Part shown: in pieces, positions 10,166 to 24,341 of the stretch
Layout: each line of letters opens with the position of its first letter
How positions within the stretch are numbered: position 1 is the stretch's first letter
NCBI RefSeq assembly: GCF_006345805.1
Contig: NC_043011.1
Span: forward strand, 62,198,464-62,262,463
DNA: 64,000 nucleotides
Source of the DNA: Octopus sinensis
Taxonomy: Eukaryota
Direction of reading: 5' to 3'
Translations under genes and position numbers: made by a program
Notes under the pieces: model-generated
The model's input: only the letters and a program-made list of their open reading frames with translations
What the model was told of the DNA's origin: nothing
The model's database searches: none

Positions 10166-11744
10166 AAACTGAATAATAACATACATACGTACTTATGTAC
10201 ATGCATACATACATACATACATACATACATACACACATACATACATACACACATACATACATAAATACATACATACATACATACATACATACATACATAC
10301 TACATACATACATACATACATACATACATACATACATACATACATACATACATGGTGATTATCGACTCATAGGTGAGTATGACCATCACCGACAAATTAT
10401 CTCATCGCAAATGTTAAAAGACAATGACTGTCAGCAACGCCCTTGCTGAAATCTAAAGTCACCTTGGAGTAAATCAATTCAATGTAACTTTTGTTTCTTC
10501 TACGAAGTTCCATAGATTAATTTTCAACAGACGCAGATCACATCTAGTGTGTTTGGATTCCATATATTACCAGTTGTGTTTAGATACAGAATGGCTGGTA
10601 TGTGATAAGGAATCGTTACTGCGCCGGAGAAAATGCTTAGAAGCATTTCTTCCGACTTTACGTTCAAATGCTGTTGGGGTCGACTTTGCCTTTCATAACC
10701 CCTGCTTTTTGATCCTGATTTGTGGAACAGACCTCCTCTAGATGATGCCATTTTCTCGTGTGTAAAGAATATATTGTTCATTGTTTCTTCGTTATTAAGA
10801 TGGCATGGTGTGATTTGAGGGAGATTTAGCTGTTATTTTTTGCAGTGAGTAAAACGAAAAAAACTCCCAAAACAGCAAGAAACAACCTTAGTTCATAGAG
10901 GCTGGCACCACGTAGGTTCCAGAGAAAATATATTGAGAAAATATATTGATTTATTGATCGATTATTACAATTATTGATGAATTCAGGAGATTTTAATTAA
11001 AATATTTCAGATTGCCGGACAGTGACCTCGACACTGGCAGCACCGGCAACGATATCGGACGACGAAGTACGACGATGATAACGACAATGGACCTTAACGA
11101 CGATGGCGTGTGCGACGGTGGCCACCACAACGACGACGACAACGACAACCACTGCTATTGTTATTTAACCCTAGGTCAGCTCTGATCGAGCAGACCTCCA
11201 ATCAAAAGCATTCCATCTAAGACCATCTCATCTTTCTGGGCTTTTCTTCGAGCCAAATATACCTAAGTGTACACAATCTAATATTCCTTCCACTTTTTAA
11301 CGTGATTAGTTGAGTTTTTAAGAGACTGGGCTGTTATTTTCAGCAGACCATATAACTGCGTTTGGCCTCTTTGTATCGAGACTGCCATACTGGATTGCCG
11401 CTGCTCTTGTTTTTAGCCCTAGGTCAGTCTGATGCATCAGCAGACCAATGATTACGGGGCAGAATCGTAACAGCACCGAAAGAAAATGCTTTTAGGCATT
11501 TCTTCCGATTTTCTCTTTCATCGCCTCCGCTCCTTTGGCGGTGGTGGTGGGGTCTATGAAAAGTACCAGTCCAAGACCGTAGCTGGGCGGAACCTTTAGG
11601 GTATCACACAGGATGTCGTATACTATATATTCCAACTCTGTGCATTCTGAGTTCTAATGATGGCCCCGCTAGGAAGCAGAAAATAGAATAAAATAATAGA
11701 ACAAAAATATATGAAAGATACAAAGAAAAAAAGAAGAAAGCAAG

Positions 11745-11940
11745 GGTCTCTTCAACGCTCAGGTCTCCACTGCGAAATCGTTCAAACCCTTTTTGAGCTG
11801 ACCACTCACTGGTCATTTCCTCACCAAATGTTTTCTTGATATCGCGAGCAGTTTCAGCTTCTTTACATCCTTTTTTGAAGTTGAATAGCAAAATTGCTCG
11901 AATATCACACTTTGACAGTTCCATTTCAGACAATTGTAAC
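11745..11940 (-). mobile_element. Mariner (Hsmar1/SETMAR-like) transposase N-terminal HTH fragment
   Basis: DIRAILLFNFKKGCKEAETARDIKKTFGE....SAQKGFERFRSGDLSVEE resembles the mariner HTH region; homology stops abruptly. Confidence 0.8.
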
Positions 11941-13199
11941 AACAGTGAAAAAAAATATCAATCTTAATTTATTGATGCATTTGGGCAAGTCTATGTCTGC
12001 ATTATCTTTTACTCTTTTAGTTGATTCAGTCATTTGACTGTGGCCATGCTGGAGCACCGCCTTTAGTCGAGCAAATCGACCCTAGGACTTATTCTTTGCA
12101 AGCCTAGTACTTATTCTATCGGTCTCTTTTGCCGAACCGCTAAGTTATGGGGACGTAAGCACACCAGCATCGATTGTCAAGAGATGTTGCGGGGACTAAC
12201 ACAGACACATAAATACACATACACGCGCGCGCGCATACACACACACACACACACACACACGTATACGACGGGCTTCTTTCAATTTCCGTCTACCAAATCC
12301 ACTCACAAGGCTTTGGTCGGCTCGAGGCTATAGTAGAAGACACTTGCCCAAGGTGCCACGCAGTGGGACTGAACCCGGAACCATGCGGTTGGTAAGCGAG
12401 CTACTTATATGTTTAAAAGAATTCAAAACTCTGCAAAAATCCAGTACAAATTCTTCATGGTTCAAAACGTTGCTTACTTTTGACTTAACCTGATAGTTTA
12501 TCGAGCTCCAAGGGATAAAAGGTAAAGTCAACGTCGACGGATTTGAACTCAGAATGCAAAGTAGAAATGAAATGCTGCGAGACATTTTATCTTGCGCGTT
12601 AACGATTCGGCCAGATCGCCGCGATTCTGGTTGACCTCTCTTAAGAGAAATTTGAAGACAAGAAAGAAAAAAAGAAGAAAAAGACTAATCTAGAGCGAGC
12701 TACTTTGAATCGATCACAAGATCGATAACCACCAAAATCGCCATTCTTCTTTCGGTGTAGAATACCAGCTTCAGTTTATGGGGAAATGTTTGCCAATCGA
12801 TGGAAAATATCTCCGATGTTCTCGGAGATTCCATCAAATTTTGATGACATTTTCAACGTCTCTCGGACAACTTATTCTTCAAATAAAGGTCAGCGTTCCA
12901 GAAATGTTGCTATCTTTGCTTCATTGCTTTTGTTGTTGTTGTTGTTGTTACAGTTGCTGCTACTCCTGCTGCTGCTACTCCTGCTGCTGCTACCAGTCCA
13001 GCTCCTGCTGCAGTTATTGTTGCCCTTGTTGCTCTTTATAGTTGCTGCTGTTGTTGTTGTCGTCCTTGGTACTTTCGTTGTTGTTGTTTTGTTGTTACAT
13101 GTTTTGTTGTTGAAGATAATGATGATGATGATGATACTTATTTAACTCTTCATTGTTGTCTGTGGTTTTTGGTTTTTGTGGCTAATCATCATCATCGTC

Positions 13200-13485
13200 G
13201 TTGTCGTCGTCACCTCCACTACGCTACCACCACCACCACCACCACCACCACCACCACCACCACCACCACCACCACCACCACTACAACCACTACAACCACC
13301 ACCACCACCACCACTACAACCACCATCACCACAACCACCACCACCACCAGAATATCTACTGTAGCCCATCTTTTAAACCAAGACAAAACAATGTACATGA
13401 TAACACTTACAACCTGTCAAGATCAGAAGCCATGAGACCCACTGCCTGGTACTGCATCAGGGCATTTATTATTATTATTATGATT

Positions 13486-13582
<97 letters not shown>

Positions 13583-13584
13583 TA

Positions 13585-13655
<71 letters not shown>

Positions 13656-13665
13656 TATCCTTATC

Positions 13666-13700
<35 letters not shown>

Positions 13701-13880
13701 CATTATTATTATTATTATTGTTATTATTATTATTATTATTATTGTTATTGTTATTGTTATTGTTATTGTTGTTATTGTTGTTGTTGTTGTTGTTGTTATT
13801 GTTATTGTTATTGTTATTGTTCTTATCGTTGTTGTTGTTGTGGTTATTGTTGTTGTTGTTATTATTACTATTATTATTAC
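13200..13880. repeat. Compound trinucleotide array (CAC)n/(CAT)n/(TAT)n/(TGT)n
   Basis: Read directly. Comparable arrays at 30840-31140, 32650-33250 (CAT/CGT), 33955-34425 (GTA) and 47090-47185. Confidence 0.95.
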
Positions 13881-14807
13881 AGCTGCACATCGTCACACTG
13901 ATGGAAAATATTGAAATTTTATTTGTTAATCTTTGACCTTTGCATTTTTTTTTAAAGATAAAGTGGTTTTCAAAATGATATGACCAACAACTACAGCATC
14001 CTCAATTTTGTTGAATTTAAGGGAAAATAGAAAAGCACGTCTCAAAGAAGAGCGGCAATAATATTAAACGACGACGACGACGAGAATGAAAATTGAACAA
14101 GAACATCAACGACAACAACATCACCATCACCAATAATGTTTTGTGTCTTTGCAACTCGGACTAAACGCTCCGTTTCTTTCGCTCTTTATTCTGTCTGTCA
14201 GAAGATGACCAACACCAGCAATAAATGAATTAATGTCGAAACACGCAACCGCCGAAGAGCTGCAGTGATGAGGTAATAAACAGTAAAAAACCCTTTAGAG
14301 TAAAAATTGTTTGCCAACATAACATGGCAGTCCTGGTTTAGGACGAATGTTGCCGCAATTTAGCCCCAGGAGATATCATCTCCAGCTGGCTATACGACAC
14401 GATCTGTGTCCTTACATTTTCGAACAAGGGAATCTAGCACCCCCACTCAGCTCATAGCACACTCACACACATACATACACACTGTAGGCTTATTAGATGT
14501 TAATTAGTAATAACAGAAGCAGTATTACTATCAAAGTAATCTAAAGTAATCTTTCTATCCAACTTAACGTGGATGACCTGTTAGGACATCGAATACTGCA
14601 TGAAACTTTGATGGCGATTTGCGACTTCAGGGTCTGAGAAGATGCTGATATTCTATATATCGTTGCAGTGAGATATGACTGGCATGCCTTAACCGGACGA
14701 TTCCTTCTGATGATTTCCAGTAGAACGAAATCACGTGACATCGAAGTTCCAGCGCCCGTCACAGACGATTTTCATTTGCCACGATCTACATGTGTGTATT
14801 TTTATGT

Positions 14808-14965
14808 AGGAGTGGCTGTGTGGTAAGTAGCTTGCTTCCCAACCACATGGTTCCGGGTTCAGTCTCATTGCGTGACACCCTGGGCAAGTGTCTTCTACTA
14901 TAGCTTCGGGCCGACCAACGCCTTGTGAGTGGATTTGGTAGACGGAAACTGAAAGAAGCCCGTCG

Positions 14966-15030
<65 letters not shown>

Positions 15031-15245
15031 GTATTTGTGTGTGTGTCTCTGTTTGTCTCCCCACTATCGCTTGACAACCGATGCTGGTGTGTTTACGTCC
15101 CCGTAAATTAGCGGTTCTGCAAGAGAGACTGATAGAATAAGTACTAGGCTTACAAAGAATAAGTCCTGGGGTCGGTTTGCTCGACTAAAGGCGGTGCTCC
15201 AGCATGGCCGCAGTTAAATGGCTGAAACAAGTAAAAGAAAAGAAA
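14808..15245 (+). mobile_element. SINE family B (tRNA head, CORE-like segment, internal microsatellite, CR1-like tail), representative full copy
   Basis: GGAGTGGCTGTGTGGTAAG...GGTTCAGTC head, CCTTGGGCAAGTGTCTT segment, internal (TG)n, tail GGCGGTGCTCCAGCATGGCCGCAG...(TAAAAGAG)n. Other copies: 12005-12410(-), 20555-20822(-), 22765-23030(-), 26165-26322(-), 28945-29235(-), 38205-38372(+), 49520-49645(+), 52585-52985(+), 62470-63090(-). Confidence 0.85.
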
Positions 15246-15605
15246 AGAAGGAAAACTAATGACTTATAGGAAAGAATCTCTCGAGGCTAATTACGCAGTA
15301 TTCGGTGTTCTAACACGACATAGAGTTTAAGAGAGATATAAAGATTATATTTTGGTTGTAATACTGACTCTGTCGCTTTCAAAGATCCTTTCTCACTCGT
15401 CGAGAAAATCTGCGTCAGTTTTCCGTGACAATGATGTCTACTGTCTCTTCTTTAGTGTCTCTGACCGAGCAACATGGTCGTCGTTAGAGAAGAGAAATGA
15501 AGCTGTCACTTACTAAGTGATCTTAGATCACGAGATGTAGATGATATGATAGCTATAACAACAACACCAACAAAAATTACATTAGCTGCAGCAGCTACAG
15601 CAAGT

Positions 15606-15985
15606 GGAGGTGCAATGGCCCAGTGGTTAGGGCAGCGGACTCGCGGTCGGAGGATCACGGTTTCGATTCCCAGACCGGGAGTTGTGTGTGTTTATTGAGC
15701 GAAAACACCTAAAGCTCCACGAGGCTCCGGCAGGGAGTGGTGGCGACCCCTGTTGTACTCTTTCGCTTCAACTTTCTCTCACTCTTTCTTCCTGTTTCTT
15801 GTCCCCGACTTCCTACGCAACCGCTGAGCCTGGATGCGCATTCATCCATCCGTCGATGCTCTCGGTGTCGGCGGTTGACCTGCTTTCTTTTCTGCGGGTC
15901 TTACGAATAGCAAAGGACCACGTTTCGGACTTCTCCCATCTTGCGAGCTCTGGGACGAAAACCTTTCGCTCAACAGCAACAACAG
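15606..15985 (+). mobile_element. SINE family C (tRNA-derived head, ~370 bp, (CAA)n tail), copy 1
   Basis: GGAGGTGCAATGGCCCAGTGGTTAGGGCAGCGGACTCGCGGTCGGAGGATCACGGTTTCGATTCCC head with A/B boxes; highly similar to the copies at 33560-33936 and 43691-44070. Confidence 0.85.
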
Positions 15986-16129
15986 CAACAGCAGCTACAG
16001 CGACAATAACAAAGACGACGATGTCAACGCGGACGATAATTTGACAAGCGTTGCTCTACCTGGTTGCTCGATTTGCTAGAAACAGAAACCGGGTTCTTTC
16101 GAGTCTCATCCTACAGTCTTCACAATGAA

Positions 16130-17395
16130 ATGTCACATTGAACAATGTAGATTTTGCAAAAGCTTTTTGACAAAGTCGACCGTGGTATGACGATTCACAA
16201 ACTGCATGACCTCAGCATTGTCGGAAAACTTGGAGAGTGGTTTCACGATTGTTTTAAAATATAGAAATCTGGCAGTGGTGGCAAAGGAGCCACCTGTAAG
16301 GAAATACAAATAGCGAGTGATTTTCAACAGGGCACTATCTTGGGGATACTGCTATGGTCCTTTCAGACATGTCCTCAGCTGCTCAGATAGCCATCCTTGC
16401 TTGCTATGCAGACGATACAAAAGTCTCTCAGAGGATGCAGACTCTTGGAGATATTGCGCATCTGCAACAGAAGTTGGACACAATATACAGGTGGGCTGAG
16501 GACAGTTACAGGCAGTTTAATGCGGGAAAATTCCAAGTTCTGTACAGCAGCTCACAAAGCAGAATGAAATGCAGACAAGTTATACAGGCCCAGGAGGGAT
16601 TGCAATCCCTGAATCAAAACCAGTGTGCGAGCTCCGCATATACATGAGTAACGATTCATCTTTCCAGGTGCATATAACTAAGTTGACATTAAAATGCAGA
16701 CGGCTACCTGGGTGGATGGATCCTTAGAACTTTCAGAACGAGAGAAATGGAAACCATAACGATCCTCTTGAAGACGTATGTCCTCAGTCACCTATATTAC
16801 TGTTCTCAAATATAGTCACCGCACAGTATAAAATTAACGGTGTTACTTGATGCAGTCCAACGAAGCTACACGAAAAAAATCGTTACAATGCGATTTGTCA
16901 GTTGTTGGGAAAGACTGAAAAAGTTAAGACTCTATTTCCTTGAACGAAAGTAAGAGAGATATGCGCGAAATTTATCAGGAGAATCCTGGAAGGGCTTGTA
17001 CCAAACTTTGGCATTGGAAGTTACACAAACACCAGAACGGGGCTCAACTGCCAAAGATCTCAGCATCACCATCAAAATACAAGACTAGATATTGCAACAG
17101 CTTGGGTTTCACGGGCTCCCAGTTCTTCAGTATCCTCCTAAACGCCTATGGATGTAGATGATTCAAAACAAAAGTGGATCTCTTCCTGTCAGGAGTTCCG
17201 GATGCGCCTACCTTGCAACAGGAAATGGAGATGAGGGCAGCAAGATCAAAATCTCTCATTCACCAAATGCCACGTATTAGAGGAGGTTTCAAGGAGTGAA
17301 GTTGTTGCAAAGTGAACGGCAGGGCCCCAGGATGGCCACAGCTCTTGAAGTGAAACTAGTTAAAGAGTTATACAGTTATACGTAAATATGGAGTA
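16130..17395 (+). mobile_element. Older, more degraded 3' fragment of a related CR1-type LINE
   Basis: DFAKAF-DKVD, QG..LG, YADDTK, SPSKYKTRYCNSLGF shared with the 53941-56873 copy; many stops; homologous 3' tail GGGCCCCAGGATGGCCACAG...TTAAAGAG. Confidence 0.85.
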
Positions 17396-17459
17396 TGTTT
17401 TGATTATAAATTGTGATGTCGGGGGGGGGGGATAAACGACAACAACAGCGAAAACAGCA

Positions 17460-17790
17460 TCAAGAAGAAGAAGAAAAAGAAGAAAAGGAGGAGGAGAAGA
17501 AGCAGAAGAAGAAGGAGGAGGAGAAGAAGCAGAAGAAGCAGAAGAAGAAGAAGAAGAAGAAGAAGAAGAAGAGAAGAAGAAGAAGAAGAAGGAGGAGGAG
17601 GAGGAGGTGAAGAAGAAGGAGAAGGAGGAGAAGGAGGAGGAGAAGAAGCAGAAGAAACAGAAGAAGAAGAAGAAGAAGAAGAAGAAGGAGGAGGAGGAGG
17701 AGAAGCAGAAGAAGAAGAAGAAGAAGAAGAAGAAGAAGAAGAGAAGAAGAAGAAGGAGGAGGAGAAGAAGAAGCAACAACAACAGAAGCC
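17460..17790. repeat. (GAA/GAG)n polypurine tract
   Basis: Read directly; a pyrimidine counterpart (TTC/TCC)n lies at ~39920-40370. Confidence 0.95.
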
Positions 17791-18540
17791 ATCGTAACAG
17801 CAATAGAAATGACATCAAGAAGAATAACATAAACAGATGCAGCAGCAGCAGTAGCAGCAGCAGCAGCAGCCACAACAACAACAACAACAACAACAGCAGC
17901 AACAGCAAAAATAAACAACAGTAATATCACAAAGAGCCAGAAAAAATGAGGAAAAAATTATAAAAGCAAAAAATCAACGTCAACATTACCCCCCCCTACC
18001 GCCACCACCATTATCCCCGCCACCACCACCACCACCACCATCACAACCACAAGCCATCTCTACTACTATCACCACTTACAACAACAACAACAACAGCAAC
18101 AACAACAACATGAAGACGAAGCAGCATGAGTTCTGTGCCTTAAATAATCTAAAGCCTATAGGAAGCCACCCATTGCTTAATGCGAGATAAACCAACTAAG
18201 ATAATTGCAATAATTAACGCTATATCCTTCACAATTAATTATAGCCTCCGTATTCCTATGACGAAACGGAGTAATTAATTTTTTGCTTGTTTTTCAAAGT
18301 GTTTTACTCTCCAGCTATTATCATTTCAAAACCATTTATTGAAATTTTGCTTTCAAAACAGTCATTGGTTTTAAAGAGCAGATCGACTCAAATTCATATT
18401 GTTTCGTATTGTCCAAAAATTTCCACCATCTGTTCTTGTTGAAATTGTCTCCCCTTGTTTGTGATGTTTTGAACGTTTTAGGTTTTGTTTTTCACCACCC
18501 GATACAATAGCTTGCTTTAAAGAACTGATAAATGCATATC

Positions 18541-19628
18541 TACAGGGTGTATCAGCGCCCTTTCTTATTTAGTAATTTTTATAGTGCAAAAATTGCTTTC
18601 GTTAGTAAATTCTATTATATAAAAGTTTATTACAAGAGTGAGTTAAAGACAAAAAAAAAAAATCAATTAATGAAAATAAACTGCAATAGTTTTACGAAAT
18701 TTATAAAGTATTGTTCCGTCAAAACAACGTAATCCATTATGGCAAAAACTTTAATCAACATGTTCAAAAAGCCCCCACACTTCGTTTTTAGTAGATTGCT
18801 GAACACTGCCGGCAACACATTTCCCCGTTAATCGTAGAAAATTTATCAGAAATTGCTTGATCTTTCGTCTGTAAAGTTTGTGAGGAGCCAGAGACTGAAG
18901 ATGGAAACGTATCACCAGTATCAAAGCATGAAAAGCATTCTAAATGCTCTGAAATCAACAGAACACCTGAATTTTATCCAGCAAGTTCAAAGGACCATTG
19001 ATTACAATCCCAGAAAGTCCATAAGGTCAATTGTAAAAGATCTCCATGTGTCAGAAGGAACAGCCAGAAATGTTGTCCATGAAGACATCAGATATAAGTC
19101 TTATATGATGAGGAAAGGTCAATTTGTAAGAAAAAGCAAATAAAAATCACTACATCAGATCTAAAAGGCTTTTAAACAAACAGAAAAATTCAGCAGAAGA
19201 TTTGATTTGGCTTTTTTTAAACGAGAAATACTTCGACCAATCTCAGAAAGTTAATAGAAGAAATGACAGATGGTTCTGAAGTTCCAAGTGTTTTGCATAA
19301 AAAATTTCCTGCAAGTGTCATGGTTTTAGGGGATGTCAGCAATGAAGGACTTGTGATGCCTCCTTACGTCTTTCCACAAGTCCTTAGAATTAACTCTGCC
19401 GCCAACATTGAGGTCCTGGAAATAATTGTTAAACTCTGGATAGACAGTGTATGCAATGGAAGGCCATATGTGTTTCAGTAAGACTCTGCATTATCACACA
19501 TGGCTCCAGTAACACAGGAATGGATGGCTGAAAATGTCCATAGTCACGCAACCCCTAACATTTGGCCTCCTAATTCCCCAGATCCCAATCTATTGGACTA
19601 TTACATGTGGAGCGTTGTTGAGAGAGAG

Positions 19629-19690
<62 letters not shown>

Positions 19691-19840
19691 CGCCCATTAC
19701 ACCAAAGATTCTTTGGAAGCTGCCATAGTCAAAGTAATATCCAAAATGAACCAGGACCACTTGATTCGAACTTGTAGATGATTTAGATCTCATATAGAAG
19801 CAGTTGTTGGACCTGAAGGTGGCTTTATTCAATAACATTA
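18541..19840 (+). mobile_element. Tc1/mariner transposon remnant, maT/DD37D (Bmmar1-like) type
   Basis: Starts TA-CAGGGTG; transposase fragments NPRKSIR..., PASVMV.G.VS.EG, RPYVFQ(Q)DSA..H, WPPNSPD.N.LDYY.W; stops and frameshifts; (AG)n expansion at ~19620-19690; right TIR not found. Confidence 0.8.
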
Positions 19841-21056
19841 TAGAAAAGGTTTACTTTTATCTTCAGAACATTTTTTGATAACATATAAAGTTATTAACTG
19901 TTACAACCCATTTCATTCAAATATAACACATGCCTTACTTAGGGTCCATGTAGTGTCATGGGCAAAAAAAAAAATGTTTAACTTCTTGCCTAGTTTAACT
20001 TATCTGCTCTAGTTTTCTGAATTTCGAAAAATCCCATAGAGAGAGGTTTTATCTTCTAATTGCATGGATAACATCACATGATCGAAATATACCAATTGTG
20101 TGAGATCTTCCGTTTTTGTTTTAATTACGATGAATGCAGACCTCCTGCATCAGTTATCTTTCTTGACAGTGATAGGCCAACGAAAAACGCCTCTACACGG
20201 TCTGATCAACAAGCTAGATATAGCAGCCAAATCCTCTCGAAGTGACTCAAATCACTTCCTGTTGCCACCGCCGCCATTTTAGTGAAATAAAGACTTTTTG
20301 GGATAAGCGTGGTTTTAGAAAAATTATGATTGAAACAAAATTAAGAAAGGATGGTCATGGTTAGCTGGAACGTTTTCTGACGATGGGTTTGCCTTGCTCC
20401 ATCAGAATTAGTTTTACAGAAGAGATATATAACAACGATGGCGAAACTGAAGAGGACTAAGAGAGGAGGGAACTTCTATGGGGGTATCCCGACCTGCTAG
20501 AAATAGCAACCAAAATTCCTTCAAATCATTTTATTTCTTCTTTTGTATTTTGTTCGTTTCAGTCATGAAGTATTTAGTCGAACAAATCTGGTACTTATTC
20601 TATCGATCTTTTCATGCCGAACCGCTAGATAATGGGGGCATAAACAAATCAATACATTGGGGAAAACACACACGACGGGCTTCTTTCTGTTTCCACTTAC
20701 CAAATCCACTCACAAGGTCGGAGATATGGTTGAAGACACTTGCACAAGGGGCTACGCGGTGGGACCGAACCCAGAGCCATGTGGTTGGGAGCCAAACTTC
20801 TTACCACAGAGCCACGCCTGCACTTCTTGTATTAAGCACGGTTAATCATGTCTGAAAATACAAAAATACAAAGAAAAGAAGAAAACAAAAGAAAGAAAGA
20901 AAAGAAAAGAAGGAAGGAAGGAAGGAAGGAGGGAGGAAAGAAAGGAAAAAATAAGCTGGATGGACACGGCTGGCTTGAGCACGTTTGATCATGAATAGTT
21001 CAGCTTGATCGGAGCCAAATTGGAGAGTTAAGCAACGTTAGTAACAACAACAACAA

Positions 21057-21088
<32 letters not shown>

Positions 21089-22037
21089 ACAACAACAACA
21101 GCAACACCATTCTTGGTTTGTATTTAATTCTCTTCTAATCATTCTGGTTCAGCTTCGTGTTTCTACTTTTTTTTCCTTTCACTCCGCGCCACTTCTTTAC
21201 CCATCACCCCCACCCGCCACTTTCCTGCTACTGTCTTTATATCTATGTATCTCTTAATATTTCCTCCTCCTCCTCCCGCTCCCCCTTCTCATCATACAAC
21301 AACAGCAACATCAATAACAACCACGATATCTGCCGTGTCATATTGACCAGATAGCAATTCTCAATTAACACACACACACGCACGCACACACACACGCACG
21401 CACACACACACACATACACACACACACACACGCACATATACACACGGCGACACGTTTATTTTAACAAATAAAACACATAAATAAATAAAATTGTATAAAA
21501 GTGTATAAAAAATATGAACAGATTGATTTTGAAAATAAAAAATTAAAACAATTAAAAAATACATAAAAAAATAATTTGTTGATTGTTTGTTATTTGTGTT
21601 TTGTAGAATTTTTTATTTTCACAATATGGTTTCCTTCCTTTAATTCTTGTCATTATACATACATACGTACGTACGTACGTATGAGTGTATATATGTATGT
21701 TATATTTATAATTTAAATTTATTTTATATAAATGTGTGTGTGTGTGTGTGTGTCTGTGAGTATACATCACACACATACGTGTATATGTCTGCATGAAAAC
21801 ACATTTACATGCATACGTACGCATATACGTACGCATATACACACATACATGCACACGTATATATATATACATGCATGTATTTATATAAATATATGTAGAT
21901 ACATACATACATACATACATATATATACACATACATACAGACATATATACATATATATACACATACACACATTTATATACATATATGTATATATGTATAT
22001 ATATATATGCACATATATATATACATACATACATACA

Positions 22038-22073
<36 letters not shown>

Positions 22074-22171
22074 TATATTATATATATATATATATATACA
22101 TTCACACTCACACACACACACATATATATATACACATAAACATATATGCATAGATATATGTATATATATGC

Positions 22172-22204
<33 letters not shown>

Positions 22205-22548
22205 TATATATATATATACGCACTTGCAAATATATACATGCATATGCACATGTATATATGTGTGTACATATACATGCATACTTGAATGCATGCACACGCA
22301 CACACCGACACGCACACACAGACACGCACACACCGACACGCACACACAGACACACACACACAGACACGCACACACACACGCGCACACACACAATATAAGT
22401 GAACATACACACGTATTTGTTCAGTTTAATCCTGTTCCATTAAATTACAGCCTTTTCACATTTCTCCCGCCGTAACTCCTCTCTCTCTCTCCCTCTCACT
22501 TCTCTCTACGTCTTTAACTCTCTTACTCACTCTCTCTCTGTCTCTCTG

Positions 22549-22582
<34 letters not shown>

Positions 22583-23060
22583 GCTCCCTCTCAGCCTCTC
22601 CTTGTCTCCCCCCCTCTCTCCCCATCCGGATATATACACAACCTGCCTAGTAATTTGGAGTCAATTTTGTGTGCTTCTCAGCAATCACAAGAGCTGAAAT
22701 TACACACACCGCCCACTTCTCAGTTGAACCGTGCTGCAGATTGCTAGAGTTTTATTTGTTTCAGTCATTCGACTGCGGCCATGCTGGAGCACCGCCTTCT
22801 TTGTAAGCCCAGTACTTATTCTATCGGTCTCTTTTGTCGAGCCGCTAACTTACGGACACGTGAACACCCCAACATTGGTTGTCAAGCGATAGTGAGGGGG
22901 ACAAACACAGACACACACATACACGCAGGCACACACACACACACACACACAGACACACAAACACACACACACACATACACACACACACACACATATATAT
23001 ATACTACGGGCTTCTTTCAGTTTCCGTGTGTATATATATATACATATACACATACATACA

Positions 23061-23094
<34 letters not shown>

Positions 23095-23100
23095 AATATA

Positions 23101-23151
<51 letters not shown>

Positions 23152-23319
23152 TATACATATAATATATACATATACATATTCATATATTTAATGAGAGTGT
23201 TACATGAAGACTGATCGGAGTGGTGAGGAAGAGTTTCTTGCGCGTATATATATATATATATATATATATACACTCGGGAAGGTAAGAAAGTCTTTTACGT
23301 TACGAGCCTACGCGCATCA

Positions 23320-23352
<33 letters not shown>

Positions 23353-24181
23353 CATACATATATATATATATATGTATATGTATATGTATGTATGTATGTA
23401 TATATATATGTATATATGTATGTATGTGTATGTGTCTGTGTCTGTAGATATACGCATATGTATTGCAATAGTTATATATTGCTTATAGATGTACATCTCA
23501 TTATAGATGGATGTAACTATATAAAAATATATCCTAAAATACTTATCTAGCTGTAGAAGCAACGTTAGGAAATAATGTGAGTGTATTTTCCTAAAAGAAT
23601 ATTATATGAATACTATTAAGCACGCCAGATACAGACAAGACCCCACCCAATGAATATTTATAGTAACATTATCTGCAAACGTTCTTTTGCGAAGCCTAAA
23701 ATACAACACAATTCACTTTCTATACAAAAAATGCCGAGCTCTGAATTTAACTCACTTGTTTACACAATTACTTCTACGCTCGACCAGAATCCTAACAATA
23801 ACAACATTCCCACAGCAAACCAGAGAAACTTTATCAACATAGCTTTCTAACCACCCTCATCCTCGAAACACGTACTACCCATCTACATTACTTTGTAGCT
23901 TCCGACTACAATACTACTTGTCCAGTCTGTCTCAGCAAATTGTCATTTCACATAGAGCACCCTACTTCTTCCAAAACGAACTTGGCATAAAGAACCTATG
24001 TAAAGCGGAGTCAAACGAAGGCGAGCAAGACAAAATTTCGAAGTTACTGGCAACCTTTTCCTCTAAACGGTAAATGCATGTAGACGCATACATACATACA
24101 TACATACATACATACATACATACATACATACATAATACATACATAATACATACATACATACATAATACATACATACATACA

Positions 24182-24212
<31 letters not shown>

Positions 24213-24307
24213 CATACATAATAATACATACATACATAATACATACATACATACATACATACACACATACATACATATGTACATGCATGCATGCATACAT
24301 ACATACA

Positions 24308-24341
<34 letters not shown>

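Noticed and set aside
23960-24075. Peptide NFEILSCSPSFDSALHRF next to a (TACA)n array, faintly like the CRE RT thumb
   Set aside because: Too short, and the similarity does not extend in flanking frames.
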